A DNA stretch of 64,000 bases from Kudoa neothunni (lineage: Eukaryota; Animalia; Cnidaria): assembly GCA_964304625.1 (NCBI GenBank), contig OZ199839.1, positions 5,202,898 through 5,266,897 on the forward strand, written 5' to 3'. Below are positions 14,401 to 28,172 of this stretch, piece by piece; the stretch's first letter is position 1, and each line of letters starts with the position of its first letter. The notes under the pieces are model-generated. The model did no database searches. It saw only the letters and a list, made by a program, of their open reading frames with translations, and was not told the DNA's origin. The translations under genes and the position numbers were made by a program.

Positions 14401-16681
14401 TTTTTTGGATATTTGGACTGAATTGGATGCCAATCATTTGTTGTTGCTATTTCAGTGGATGCAACAGTTGTTTTCTAACAACACTCTTCTAATTGTAAAT
14501 TAATATATGCTTTACATTCGTTGAATTTTTAAAATATTTTGTTAGAATAACGGCTCCATAAGTGATCACATCAAATGGTTGAAACGCTTGAAGTCTAGTT
14601 GCCCAGGTATGTTTATGGACATTTACTATCACAACATTACTGCAGATTTGATGTATACATTATTTTTATAGGAATAAAGTACCATGAGTTATGTTTGCTC
14701 GAGAATCCACTTCAAGGATCGCTTCGATATCAATTGAATAATGAGAATCTGTTTATTCTGTGTCGAATTCTCACGACGCAATTTCCTTTTCTGTTGAAAC
14801 CCCTCAATAAATGCATGATAATTTGTGCCTACGTCAGAGCTTGTATCGAAAACAAAGTTGTTGAATACGAAAAGGAAGCTTACCACTCCGATGCCGACTT
14901 TATCAATGGCAGCTATGTTTTAGTTGATGATAAACTCAAACTCCTTCTAAAACAATACTCCGATCAACAGCATACTTGTGATTTGGTCCAAGAATTAATA
15001 ACTGACACTGACAGATTCTCAATCGCTGTTCGTGTGTTGTTGTTGAAAACCTTCAACACGCTCATTAATGAGTATTATCATATTGAGCAGAAATTTATGT
15101 TTGAATTAGAGTTGTTGTTAAAACTTTTTCAACTGTACAACTATGATGAGTCAAATGTACATTATAGGGTAATTTTCCATTCCCCACTCAAACTCAAATG
15201 TGTTGTTATTATAGTAGATTTTGTTTAAATTGATTTTTAGGAGTGTATTAGAAACTTGGACACCAATCTACACCAAAAACAACATTCCATCAATCAACTC
15301 TGTGAAATGATGTTGATGGATGAGTTCAACGGCGACAATGGGTTTATGTTTATCAATTGTATCCAAATTCTGGCTAGTAAATTTTCGCTCTCCGTTCCCA
15401 CTATTATGGAATTGGTTTTGGAGGGTTGCCACAATTTTATTCTTTCCAACCCGTAATTAATTCGTATTATTAATTCATACTTTACTTTTCTACTACTTTC
15501 ATATCTTATTAAATAGTTCAAAATATCGGATATTTTTAATTGGAAATCAATTTGTAAAACTCTTTCTTATTCGAAGACAAATGGAAAATGAGCATTTCCA
15601 CGATAAACTAGAAAATATTCTTCATCAAAATACATTCGTTGCGTTGTGCACCGCCACAGCAAACAATAGCGAATCCTTCGAGGATGCAGGCGATTTCGTT
15701 GTAAACTTATCCAATCTTTTAACTAGAAATCATCGTTACTTCCATCATTATGATGATTTGGCTGTGTATTTCGCAATTCGGCAAGTTCTCGTACATTTCC
15801 CCGATTTTGGCCATCGCAATGTTTGTTACTTCCATTTTTAGTGTATTTTTAAGCGAATGAATTTTGTTTTAGTACGCTATGGCAATTGAAAGAAAATCCG
15901 ACCTCATGGAAACAATCTTTTTGGAGTTGTTAGATTGTTCTCAGAATTTGATTCAAAAAACAACATTCTGCCAATTGTTTATCAAACTCGTCCCACACCT
16001 CTCACTTTGTTTGTCTAACAGATTTGAGTAGTTTACCGATTAATAATAAATTATTTTATAATCTCCCATTAAATTTATATGACAATGAATATATCTCATT
16101 TTTTAGAGCCAAACTAATGGAGTTGTTTTTGGATCTGAGTCTGATTCACAACGATATCTCAACAGTTTACACTTGTTTAATCTCAATGGAATCCAACAAT
16201 GTCATATTAACTGATATGGTAAATTAAATTATTCTAATTCGATCATTTATATGGACTCATTTAGAATTTTAAAAAAATCTATTGCAAACTTTGGCAAAAC
16301 AACCAATATGCTGATGCTATTCTTTGGGCTCTTGTTCGGTACGACAACCCTTCTATCGTTGAAATGCTTTGGATCGATATCAAATCGTCTGTCGGAAATC
16401 ACAAATTCAATTCAGCCATCCAACAAAATCATCCTTTCAAAAAACAACTAATCATTTTAAACCTGATACCCTATTGCTACAAATACAACAAAATGTTGTA
16501 CGGATTTTTAATCAATTACTGCCTGGAAAACCAAGAGTTTTTGTCCTGTGCAGTTGATCAACTAAATCAAGCGGGCCTCATCGATGAGGCAAATCGTTTG
16601 ATTGCTGAGTGTAGTTCATCAGCCAATGTGGGCTTTATAAATAAACAACTCCACGGACTTTATAGCTTTTTCAAAAAATGA
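5427..16681 (+). CDS. NBAS: Neuroblastoma-amplified sequence (NBAS/Sec39, NRZ tethering complex); multi-exon, highly diverged
   Basis: Splicing at GT-AG sites joins exons giving MVYLDCSPCNRYLAIGVYGVVLIY, LPKQLCWSNDSSIVALFS, IRFISVTWSDHG/SLVLCDMDGGV and LYVMRPQTIQEYYHQK/ILNQEFEQAESLATEHALDKSFIYKEKW. These match, in order, recalled NBAS motifs (VAWSYDCTLLA, VNWWADS, LRSTTPEELYQRK-EEYEEALSLA-YGLDTDLVYQRQW). A long helical region follows, ending SFFKK* at 16681. Not every internal exon boundary was resolved. Confidence 0.8.
7982..8821 (+). mobile_element. Non-autonomous Helitron-like element in NBAS intron
   Basis: 5' TC..TATATATAAA start; 3' hairpin CCCAAACAACACTGGG then CCAG|T (degenerate CTAG); homologous segments at about 35020-35780 (-) and 46750-47184 (+). 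Confidence 0.65.
8896..9130. mobile_element. piggyBac-type MITE copy in NBAS intron, right end eroded
   Basis: TTAA-CCCTTAAAAGCTAACCTTGGGTTTC start; internal similarity to 32975-33229. Confidence 0.6.
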
Positions 16682-19600
16682 TGTTTTATTATTTTTTTAT
16701 TAAAGTATAAAGTATGCATCATTCTTTTTGGCGCCATATTTCAATATCAACTTTGAGTTATACATGTGTCAACAAAAAACCGATCATAAATTTACTCAAA
16801 ATTTAAAACTTTTTTTGTATTAAATAAACTTGTTCAAAAACTATATAATGAATGAGTTTTTGTGATTTTAGCACCATTTTGATATTACTATTAAAACAAA
16901 TAATTATATTGTGATCTCTATATGAGTGTTAATTCAATAATTTCCCCAAACCTAATAAGAAATTTAATATGTCCGTTTTACGATATCCAAACTTATGATC
17001 AGGGTTTTTAAAAAATTTTCTTATATTAAAATGAATTCACATAATCTAAGATCATATTATTATATAATGACAGCTTTCGTATGCGTTAAATCAAAGAATA
17101 GTTTTTGTAGATAGATTGACTTTACAATCATGCATGCGGCTCTTACTGTTTCACCTAAATACACATCAGCTACTTTATTCCTTTACGTACACCAATTACA
17201 AATTGATCTTAAAAAATATTATAATTATTTTTTTATTCGTTACCAGTTATGTTAATTATTGGAATTTTATCAGTATTAAAATAACACAAAAATCATATTT
17301 AAACTTCATAACAACGACGAATTTTTTCTTCACACCAAGTTGAGGAGGGGGAAATAGCAGTTATGCTATAAGTTTAATTCATTATTTTGTATCTTACATA
17401 AGCTTAACATTATTTACAACAAGAAAGAACCAAATTTAAATAAGTTAATGAACTATTTAATAAATTGAAGAAATGAACTCTTCAATCTTAAACTAGATAG
17501 TATCTTTGATTAGACAATATAGTTACAAACTACCGTATAGTTTTAATCCTCGAATGGACTGAAAATCGACTGCACTTCGACCTCGATAGACTCTGGGGTT
17601 GAAACCTACTCCAGATTTTTATTTTATCGCACGTTACAAAAAAATTCCGCAAGAAGAAATGCTGAAGATTTTGGTGGATGCAAAAAAAGAATAAAGAATT
17701 ATAGCGCAAATAAATTCGTGAATAACCCCGATAATCCTACGAAGATCACGTTCGCCAACGACCGTCGTATTAATTTTTAATTCTGATTTCGATTGGTTGT
17801 GTGTTGTTCTAATTAAAATTTTTGAAATTAAAATATTAATCTGTGTAATTCCTTAGACTATTTTTGTGGCACAAATAAGCCGCATTTGATGCAAACAAGA
17901 CCCATGACATTCATTAGGTGGTTCTAACACCAAAATTTATTGAAAATCGCGCACATATCGTCGGCTTTTTAAATCATTTTCTTGGAATAAAGATTAAAGG
18001 CGGTTTCAGATTTTTTGTTGTCATGGTTTTCTCCATTAGTAATCCATATAATAATTTCGCCATCATTGCAAGAACTCCCCACCAAAAATATCATAACCAA
18101 AAACGTTGTTATATGAAATCACGTGACCTATTACAGTTTGTGAGCGTTATATCGTAAAATCTAGACCATGGAAGATCCTAAAACTCATCATTTACGCTAA
18201 AAATTATTTCTTCTGTAATTTGATCAATAAAATTGTGGAGTAGTTTTTTATCCCAAAGTCCATTGGAGGGTGGAAAATGTATATTTCCGCCAATACAATA
18301 GAAAAAAATTGTTATTTTATTTCAATATGTAGATAAAATTATTTTTTAGCAATACAAGTAATCTCAGTAAATTTGAAATTATGCGTAACGAATTATACAA
18401 TGATAAAAGCTCATTGGGGTAGCTTTCTACCCCAAATCCATTATAGGGTTAATATTTAATACAAACTAGAATTATTATTAGTTTCATTAGTAAATACCAT
18501 TAGAACTAGTGTTTATCCATTATCTAAATGATAAATATCGAAAGAATAAAACACATTAAAATTAAAACTTTAAAAATGATTCACAATTCCAATTCACCCA
18601 ATGAATTTTTTAATTACGTTCTAGAAACTAAATATTCATAATCAAAATAAATTTTCTAGAAATTTCTTTCTATATTTGGAATAACTTGTTGTTGTTAGTT
18701 TATTTATTCAAAGATGTAGTTTGTAAAAATGATGCATCGTGGATCCCACCCTCACAATCAAACACCAGATGCAATCGATTGGTACAGCGTTAACAGCATA
18801 CGAATCAGATAACCGTCAGCTCATTGATAATACGGAAACACAAAAAACTTGCAACATCAGAAAAAATTTCTAAAAACTTTTCTTCGAAAGCATTAAATTT
18901 TTGTGTTAATATTATATTCATAAATATTTGATTTTGTAGTCAGACTATCATGCATGATTAAATACGGAAAATATTTTACTTTTTCGGCCTTTTTGATAGC
19001 GAAAATGTTTCTTGGATTATTAACTGTTAATTTACTTTTTTGGAAAAACCATCATAAATTATACCTGTAAAAATTATATGTAAGTTTATCAGCGATAAAC
19101 TGAATGAGAAAAGATATAAAAACTTTTATTTGTAACTCTACAGAATTTGTTATAATATATACCTAAAATTTTCCAAAAACTTGAGTTTTTAATAAGGAAT
19201 AAGTACATAAATGATTTAATTGTCTTGTGGCTCTTGAAAATTTGGACAACCTTAAAGTTGGCTCCGAATGTGGGCAAGTCTGACCATCCCTAGTATATGC
19301 ATATGCTTTGAAGAAATATTTTATCAATCGTAATGATAATTACATGATAATAGATTTTCACATGTTATTATTGATCCATTACTCATCGTATTTCGCGTAA
19401 CCGTAATAAAATTAATTCAGTAGTTATACGCCATTTAAATAATCTAGTCAAATTAAATTATTTTAAATATTATTATTCTAGATAAATGTATTTTTCCTTG
19501 TTTGAGATTGTCTAATTCATATAAGATCGAAAAAATTTTTTATGCTAATGATAAACATGTTTATATTTTTGTATTCTTCATAAGGGGCGGAAAGAGTCGT

Positions 19601-20264
19601 TGTGAGTGTAAATCAAGTAATTTCCTTGCAACTTTGAACATTCGTTTTAAATTAAACATTAAATATTTAAAATTATCTATATAAATTCTCACATCTAACA
19701 CGTTTTAATTTATCCGTCCCAATTTAATACAAATTCACTCGCTTGTGTGTAGTTTTGAATATATTTATTTATCGTCCATCATTACTCTCTTAAGAATCAA
19801 AACTAAGCATCGATATTTGATTACAAGAAGAATTTTGTTTTGTAACCTATTAATATTATTTTAAGTGAAATTAAAATTTTCTTTTGCACAAGCGCGTACA
19901 TAATTAACAATTTAGGAAGACAGCAATTCTAATAAAGATGATCCCATATTTATAAATTTAGTATGTGGATATTTAGGGTTTTTATTCCCATCGAAAAAGA
20001 ACTTATAGCTAATATTCGCAGGCAATGTTTAGAACACGCTACGCTACATTGAATAATTTTCAGCCCTACGGTAAGAGCAAAAAAATCCATACATACACAA
20101 ATTCAAAACTAAAACTATTTTAATATTGTTGCTTGACTCAACAACTTTATTCGATTTATAAATATATTCATAAAATCTAACATAAATGGGCAATTTTTAA
20201 TGTTGTTTATTGATACTACCAAATTCATCGGCATCATTTCGTCGATTGTCGGGAAATATACATT

Positions 20265-20744
20265 ATGGCCTTAGCACCAAAAAGAGCAACAGTATTATAA
20301 ATTTTCGACTTTCTACAACACGCAAATAATTTATCCATAAATAATAAACATTTATTTAGCCAAAATTACCACCAGAAGTGAATAGAATCCTCTATGTGAG
20401 AAATCTCCCCTACAAAATAGCCACAGAAGAGCTTTACCAAATTTTTGGTAAATATGGAGCTGTACATCAGATAAGAATGTAATTTTAATGTATTTGATTG
20501 TTTAATTATTCATAAATTTAGCGGAAACACCAACGAGACTAGAGGAACCGGATATGTGGTTTATGAGGATATTTTCGAAGCAAAGAATGCTTGTGAAAAC
20601 CTGTCCGGGTTCAGTGTTGGAAATCGTTATCTCATTGTTCAATACTATCAGGCACATAAGATGTTTGAACGTATAGACAACGAGAAAAAAGAGCGTGAAT
20701 TAGAAATGCTGAAAAAACGATACGGTCTAAATAGCAAAGATTGA
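20265..20744 (+). CDS. SF3B6: Splicing factor 3B subunit 6 (p14), 3 exons: 20265-20291, 20360-20478, 20522-20744
   Basis: Spliced product [79 protein letters not shown]..., the characteristic p14 RRM; GT-AG introns of 68 and 43 nt. Confidence 0.97.
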
Positions 20745-20805
20745 CGTTGAATATTCTAATTTTGAGCTATTGTCGCTTTGTACATCATATTTGCCAAAAT
20801 AATGG

Positions 20806-20894
20806 TTATTTTTGCGCATTTATTGTTTGATAAAAATAATTGTTTCGACTTGCACCATAGGAACCCTACAATAAATATTGTAAATATTGTAAAC

Positions 20895-20925
<31 letters not shown>

Positions 20926-23249
20926 ATTACTGGATTCACGAAGAGGGTTTGAGGGGAGGGTTCAACAACGAATTTCGGATAGTTGCTGGCACATATAATC
21001 TATCAAAATGCGAACACATAATTAGCAATTAACAAATAACAAAAAGCAGGCGTTGATAATGGGAATGCTGAGAAATAAATAATTTACGACGTCAGGTTTG
21101 GGGTAGAGAAACAGATGTGAATCATACGGCCAAACCGTAGGGATCGAGTTGGGTGGCAAGGGTAGGAGATGACTTTGGGATAGGAAAAATTTGGCAAACT
21201 TATTCATAATTAAGGATAACAACAAATCAAGTTGAATACTTCTAGTGGGATATCTGCTGATTCGGTTGGCATATGGAAAGTGTTGCAACAAACTTTCTCT
21301 AAAATTTCACAACGAACAACTGCTATTTCTATCGCGCCAATTTTCTCATTGTGTAAACTTTTCCCGACTTTGATTCTAAGGTTTTAAATAGATCAATATA
21401 GATCAAAGTTGTAATACTTGCAAGGATTTGAAGCAAAACTAACATTGCCATAGTTATTCGGTAGTAGTTCTCCATGAGACTGAAGTAAGCTTTTAGGGAG
21501 AGGAGGTCTAAATGCCAATTAAAGTTAGATTGGTATTGGACTTGCCTAATACAATACCTCGGCATAATTGAATACAATCCAGGATCCTCGAAGGATGGAA
21601 CTATCACTATATTTCTATAACCATGGTTAACATATTCTCCTAAATGAGACTAATAACTTGTCTTTGATACTGGAAGTTTCAGTGACAAATTTAACTAACG
21701 ATTTCAGTCCATCTAAACATCCCTTATTATACCGATCGTAAATAGAATAGATTTTAACTTGAAGTTTCTACAAGTTTATCAGCACAATCCGGGGAAGTAA
21801 AACAACCGCATATAATTATAACATCAACAGGAGGTTGAGAGTTTGATACACACATTGTTAAGAGATCTTGTTTCAAATTATCCATCACCTAATTTCATAA
21901 CAATCATCATAATACTGCATACATGAGAATACTTCATTGCTATTCAACCAAACTTCAGAAAACACCGCCAAACCGACCTGTTCTCTCTGGTTCTTTATTG
22001 ATTCGAAATCAATGAACAAATACAACTGGAGAAATTACGTGTAAAGATACGGGAAACAAATCTCTGTCATTATCAAAGGTGTCCACTATTTTTTCTCAAA
22101 GAAAAACAGTAAAATAAAACATTTTACTTGTTGTACGAGTTGGTGACAAATCTTCTACAGTAAAGCTGTGTTCTGGAGGATTTCCAATAGCAAAAACTTT
22201 GAATTGGTTATTTTGATAGACACCTTGGATATAAAATATTTTTGTGATCGTAATAACAAGCTGTACCTTCCAACAGTACAAATGTATCAACGACAATAAA
22301 TTCACTGATAATTTCACAGTCGCTCAGATCCAACTCGATACTTCCCTCAATGTCCTCAGCCACATAAATATTGTTGTTCTAAAAACAATTCAGTTTCGAA
22401 ACCAATCAGTAGAATGAGTCTACTTTTTTTGACTTGACCAACATTCCCAATAGTAAAGTGGAAGAACCGTTGTTGGGATCAAATTTTATTTGATTTGTGG
22501 TTTGCACCTAACAACTAAATTAAAAAAGTTGTTAAAAAAAACTTTAAACAATACATTTGATTGTATTTTCGTCCCTTGAGTTTGATAGGGTGAATCTCGG
22601 ATATACTTCAAGAGATTCTGAGTTAATGTGAAGACAATCAGCCAAAATATTTATTCACTTGGAAAATGGCTCGATATCGAACACAAAAACTTTTTGTAGC
22701 ATCTTCTACCATGCCTAGGTGAGTCAATCCAGGAACCAGTCCATTTCCATTTGCAAGTGTGTCACATGCAAATTCCAATCCCATATCACTCACTCGAGAT
22801 CCAGACTTTGCTGGTGTAAATTTAATTCTCCCGAAACTAACAACCAATAAAAAGTTTATGTTTATCAATAGGAAAAAAAATAAATTTATTACTCGTTAAA
22901 AGCAACAATTTCAATCTCATTCACATCATTCTCTAAAATGCTGGTATCTTGAGTGAACGATTGAGTTATTTTGCGGTAAATTTCCATTGTAATTGGTTGG
23001 TTTGATTCTAACTCACATAAGATCAATAATTTATTTAGAAAATTTTACGATGATCTTTTTTCAACATGTCAATTAGAGATACGATCACATCTTCTGCATC
23101 TTCCAAGTCAACTTGGTTAACGATACTCATAATTTCTTTGAATACATCTCTAAATTATTATAAGCTCAAATTTTAGATAAAAAGTACTTGCTAACACTAA
23201 TGTCCTTATTGGAAAGTTTCTCAAGGACAAAATCACTCAAATCCGCCAT
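20806..23249 (-). CDS. POLE2: DNA polymerase epsilon subunit 2 (DPB2), 18 exons
   Basis: Open frame after removing 17 GT-AG introns. Motifs LLGML, EDIEGSIELDLS, VLLEGVY, FSEVWLN, VPSFEDPG..IMPRPPLP, FASNPC, LSQSHLLPLP..PTVWPYDSHLFLYPKPD and VNPGSY are typical of Pol epsilon B subunit. Confidence 0.93.
20901..20924. repeat. (AT)n microsatellite in the last POLE2 intron
   Basis: About 12 AT units seen directly. Confidence 0.9.
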
Positions 23250-23431
23250 ATTTTAGATATTTCAATGGGGAGTCGTGCGCAAAATCTAAATTTAGCCTAA
23301 AAATATTTTATTTATTGGGTTTCTCAGCGATAAAATTAGCAGAGATGACGGAAAATACATTCACATTCATACGTAGGATTTAAGAATCATCACTTTAATA
23401 CGTATTTTTGTAGACAATGTCTTTATACAAC

Positions 23432-23441
23432 TTTGGCGGGA
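23432..23441. promoter_or_regulatory. Putative E2F site about 180 bp upstream of POLE2
   Basis: TTTGGCGGGA fits the E2F consensus TTTSSCGS in very AT-rich surroundings; replication genes are classical E2F targets. Confidence 0.4.
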
Positions 23442-24182
23442 GATTTATTCTTTATAAGAGAACAAAATTCACAGTACTATCTAAAGAGATGGAAGAAAAA
23501 ATTATTATTTTAATATCAAAATTTATTTAATATTCGTTATGGTCGTAATGAATGGATAGTTATAATTGTTACATAATGAATGAGTTAATGGTCATTATTG
23601 ACCCCAATAAACATTAATAAGTACACGAAAAAATCTCTTCACAAAATCTTCAGTTATTAAAAATATTATCAGCTAATTATAATATTCATACTACTTCTTT
23701 CTTTGTGGGTCATAGATAGGCTTCGTGCATTGTTTTACCACATTTATCGTAACTAACCTACGATCATTTTCATGCTCTATTGGAATAATCTCGAATCATT
23801 TTTGATTGACGACCCACATTTGTGTATTTTTTTACTTGTCCTGAAATTCTTCAAATAGATTATGTCTACAATTTTCTATATCTTTTATTGTTTTTTTGGA
23901 TAAATTTCGAATATTTCAAATTATGTTAAAAAAATTTTTACTATTTTTTTTTCTCGATATTGATAAATGACGATGAGTTATATTAAGTAGACTAGCGCTA
24001 ATACCCAGTTTTGCCGGCATTGTGCGAGGAAAAATTTTAACTTTTAGTTTCCTTTTCGAATGGAGAAATTTTAAGATAAAGTTTATTCGATTAATAAGTT
24101 ATAGCCCTCTAAATTTTATTTATCTATTTTCATTGATGTTTTATACAACTTGACATTATTTTTCCACTGTAATGATCTTAAA

Positions 24183-24435
24183 CAGCGTTCCCAACGCGAG
24201 GTTGGTGGACTCCCACGAGTCCGCACAATAATTTCAGGGGGTCAATGTGAATGTTTTTACTCTCAACAATTTAGTTTATCGTAAATTCTTGGAAAGGATT
24301 GAATTCGACTTCAATAAAAATTTAGGGACAATAGTATCATAAATATAAATTTTAGTGGTTAATACACTTAGGGGCTCGCATTCATTTTAGATTAGATAGT
24401 CGGTTGCCCATGAACCAAAAAGATTGGAGGCACTG
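24183..24435. mobile_element. hAT-type MITE
   Basis: Ends CAGCGTTCCCAA and TTGGAGGCACTG with GC-rich subterminal motifs; TSD poorly preserved. Confidence 0.55.
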
Positions 24436-24900
24436 ATCAAGATGTTCCAAAATATGCAGGCTCATTCCTTCAAAATATAAATAGAAATATTGAGAGAAAA
24501 TTAATGAGTATTTTTAAGTTAATTTTAAAATCCTTGACCAAAAATACAATGACTTTAATTTTATGAGAGATCCAATTAACGATTAAAATTTATTTATTTT
24601 TAAACCAATCGATTAAGTAATTTAAATAGGACTTTCATTTCTATTCAAATTGTGCGATAAAAATTAATCCATATGGTTATAAAATTTATTATTGATTTAC
24701 AACCGTAAGTACATAATAAAATCAACCTTAGCTTAGATGTGTCAGAAATAAAAATATTAATTGTTCATCCATTGTTCAGTTACATTATCTAAATATAATT
24801 GTGCAAAATCGTGCAATAGTTCTTTATTGATTCTGCCTCTATCCTTGACTTCATTCAGTACTCCATAGGATCGTTTTCAGTCAGCGAGCGTTTATACATA

Positions 24901-26831
24901 CAGTCAAGATTGGATATTGCGTAATTCCAAATTTTCAATGTTATTCCTTTTAGAAAAAACTTAATTTTTTGATATAGCTATTACATTGTCATTTTGTAAG
25001 CACAGTTCACATTAAAAATTAAAAGAATTTTTTATTTATACATAGAGTCCCGATATTTCATGGTTTTTGTGACCGATCTATTTAAAACTGAGTTCTTTCT
25101 TCGTTATATCCCATTAAAAACGTAATAGTTAAGAGAAAAGAAAAGAAAAAGTGTTGAAAGATGTCGGAAAGATGATAATTTTTAAGTTTAAATTGAGTGA
25201 TATGGTGATCTGAGTTGAATATTAGTATAATGTCAGGTTTAAGGTCATTCAGAAATTTAAAAAATTCTTTACCGAAGATAAATTTAACAATACGAATATT
25301 GAAACGAAAAGGAGGAAACATTTCTCAGGCAAATTCAAAAATATAGATGGTGAGTTGTATGATTGGTTAATTAAACAATGGTCAAATGATAATGTTCTTC
25401 CGAGAGATGCTATAATCGAAATTGCTTTATATATTGCATATAAAAAAGAAATTTCAAATTAAAGTCTAGTTAGGGGTGGTTTTCAGGGTCCACGGCCGGG
25501 TATGGGATGGCTTTCAAAATGTTTCATGGCGAGGCTGCGAATGTAGATATTTTCTCTGTTGACTCCTGGGCTGTTGGAAAAATTAAATTGGTTAAGGCAA
25601 ATAATCCTAGACGTTATAAACATCGATGAAACTATTCTTCTTTTATGAACAGTTACAAAACATTAGTTATGATTAAAGGATGAAATCGGAATATAATGGA
25701 AACGTATCCAAAAAAAGAACAACTGTTTTACTATCACTATTCTTTAAATAGTGATAAACTCTAATCGGTTTTTTCTGGTAAATTTGAGGATCCTGAACGC
25801 TTTAACTGAGTTAAACATCTACAGTGTAAATATTATTGACAAAAAATACATGGATATTGTGTAGTATATTTATAAGCATAACGAGACAGTTAAACCAAAG
25901 AATGATAGATGAGAACAGAAAAGTTTTAATTTTGTTGGATCGATATCCTGTTCATACCAAAAATATTGATTCTTATTAAATATCTAAAATTTCCCTCGCA
26001 AAAATACGACTAATATTATAAAATCCAATAATTTGAGCATCACTGAATGCATTAAAGTAGGTACAGGAAAACAATGACCAAGCACATGGTTTTATGTGCA
26101 GATTCTACTATCGAAAAATAATCACTAAACTCAATCTTACCGTTAGCTAAACTTTAGAGGATCATTACGCCATAAATTATTATTAATTATTTTGATAATT
26201 CAAAATATTTGATAATAATAAAATTGCAATAGTAAAGCTATAAACGGTTATAGAACAAGAAGATTTAAGAAATATACCTCAAATCAGACAGTTCTAAAAA
26301 TAATATTTTATATGTACCAAATTAATTTAATTTAGATGAAATCGAAGATTGCGAATAGATTTCTGACGATGATAATGAGACAACACGTGAGGGTAAAAAT
26401 CATGCAGACTTATTGTCCACAAATGGTTAATATGAGGTTATCGAATCGATTATCATAGAAATCAAAATTTTAATCAAACAAATAAAAAATATCATGAATG
26501 TTAAAAAGAAAGCTTTCGCTATAAGAAGTCGTACCTGGGTGGGTTAATTTACATCCCATAACGGACAGAATTTAAATAATATCAATAGAAAGATTTCTAC
26601 ACACAAATATCATCAGATTTTTTGTCAAAATTTAATAATGCTTCCTTAACTGAACTAAATTTTATCTGTGTTTAAAAGAGCTTGTTTGTACGAATAATCA
26701 TCATACGTAAGCACAAGACAAACGTAATGTAGAGAATGATGCGTATGCACGAAGCTGGATATTGCGTAAAACTTTTCATTGCGTGGGTTGTTGGGACTAG
26801 CAAAAAACCGCGCAATATCCAATCTCGACTG
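24901..26831 (+). mobile_element. Degenerate pogo/Tigger element
   Basis: TA-flanked 21-bp TIRs CAGTC(A/G)AGATTGGATATTGCG; broken transposase fragments FHGEAANVD, NIDET, KKRTTVLL. Confidence 0.85.
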
Positions 26832-27469
26832 TATTATAAGAAACCTATAAAATTTTAACTGCCAGATTTAAAATGGATAGATAATATTTTTCAAATGTAT
26901 CGATTGAAAAAATTTTACCTAAAAAAGTTTTGAATTTAAAATTTTCTAAATTATTAATTACGTCATAAAAAGTTTGCCAAACTTATTCTTGGCATATTTT
27001 TTTTTGAAAAATTGATTAGATTTTAATGGCAAACAAAATTAATTCAAATAACAGGAAGATGGAGGAAAAAATCTAACGCAATAAAATACTTCCACATTAT
27101 TATTTATAGCGGTGATAAACCTGTCATTATACAACACTTTAACATATCTCTAAGTCCGCCCATAAATTTCTATAGATAGGTTGAAAATTACTACCTAAAT
27201 AAAATTTAAAATTGGTGTATTCTTACACACCACTTATTTTGAATTAAACAATAGAAAGTTTAACAAAAGTAATTTTCAGTTAGTTAAAATAATTATTATT
27301 GGATAAATATTAATCTATTAACTCCAATATTTTGCTAATATCGTAACGCGCAATCGCGGGAGAGAATTTGATTTTTGATGCATATGGAAAAATATGGTTG
27401 TTTAAACTCTATCTAAAATTTTGATTCCTAATTTAGAAGAAAGTTTCCATATCTTTTTTACATTTATAC

Positions 27470-27634
27470 ATTCAATTCTCGATTACCCGAAGATTTTGGG
27501 ATCTAAAATTTTCCATTCGGATACTGAAATTTCGATTTAACGAAATTTTTTCTCTAATATACATCGATTCCAAAAATTAATTTAGATAACTTGATTTTTG
27601 GTCAATCCAAATTTGGATAATTGAGGTTTCAATG
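27470..27634. mobile_element. Tc1/pogo-type MITE
   Basis: TA-flanked imperfect TIRs CATTCAATTCTCGATTACCCGAA / TTGGATAATTGAGGTTTCAATG. Confidence 0.55.
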
Positions 27635-28172
27635 TATAGTTTTTACCCACAAAATTTAACTTAAACTGTTAAAAAAGATAAATCGCGTTATATTGTACAT
27701 AGTAAAGGACCACGTATAACACACAACACTTAGGTCTTCATCACATTTGCTTTATGATCTCAAAAGAGACAAGTGTATGAGAGAGAAAAATAAAACAAAT
27801 TATCTATTAAATATTGATTTAATTTTTAAATTGTATTTAACATTTATTGTTAGAATTTAATGCTAAAAATCCCCACGAACACTGAGTATAAATAAAAACA
27901 TGATATAGGGACAACAATTTATCCTAACAACAATAAAATCTCACTATTATACATTACACCTAACTTGTGAAAAATTAAAAAAAATATGTTTATGTCAAAT
28001 ATAAACAATTACAATGTCGAACGAAAGCATACTTGCACCATGAAATTAAGCAAATCGTGAGTTTTCGATATTGAATTAAAATAGACAGCATAAAATCTAA
28101 CACGTTCAACAATAAAACACTTAATTCAGAAACAATAATGTATAAAGAGAAGACGGGTGTAGGTGTCCTCAA

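Noticed and set aside
18980-19020. U2 snRNA 5'-like TCGGCCTTTT
   Set aside because: No GTGTAGTA branch-pairing region or downstream U2 structure.
20728-20865. Non-canonical final intron extending POLE2 into SF3B6
   Set aside because: No AG acceptor; the unspliced last exon GSYGASRNNYFYQTINAQK* is an adequate C-terminus.
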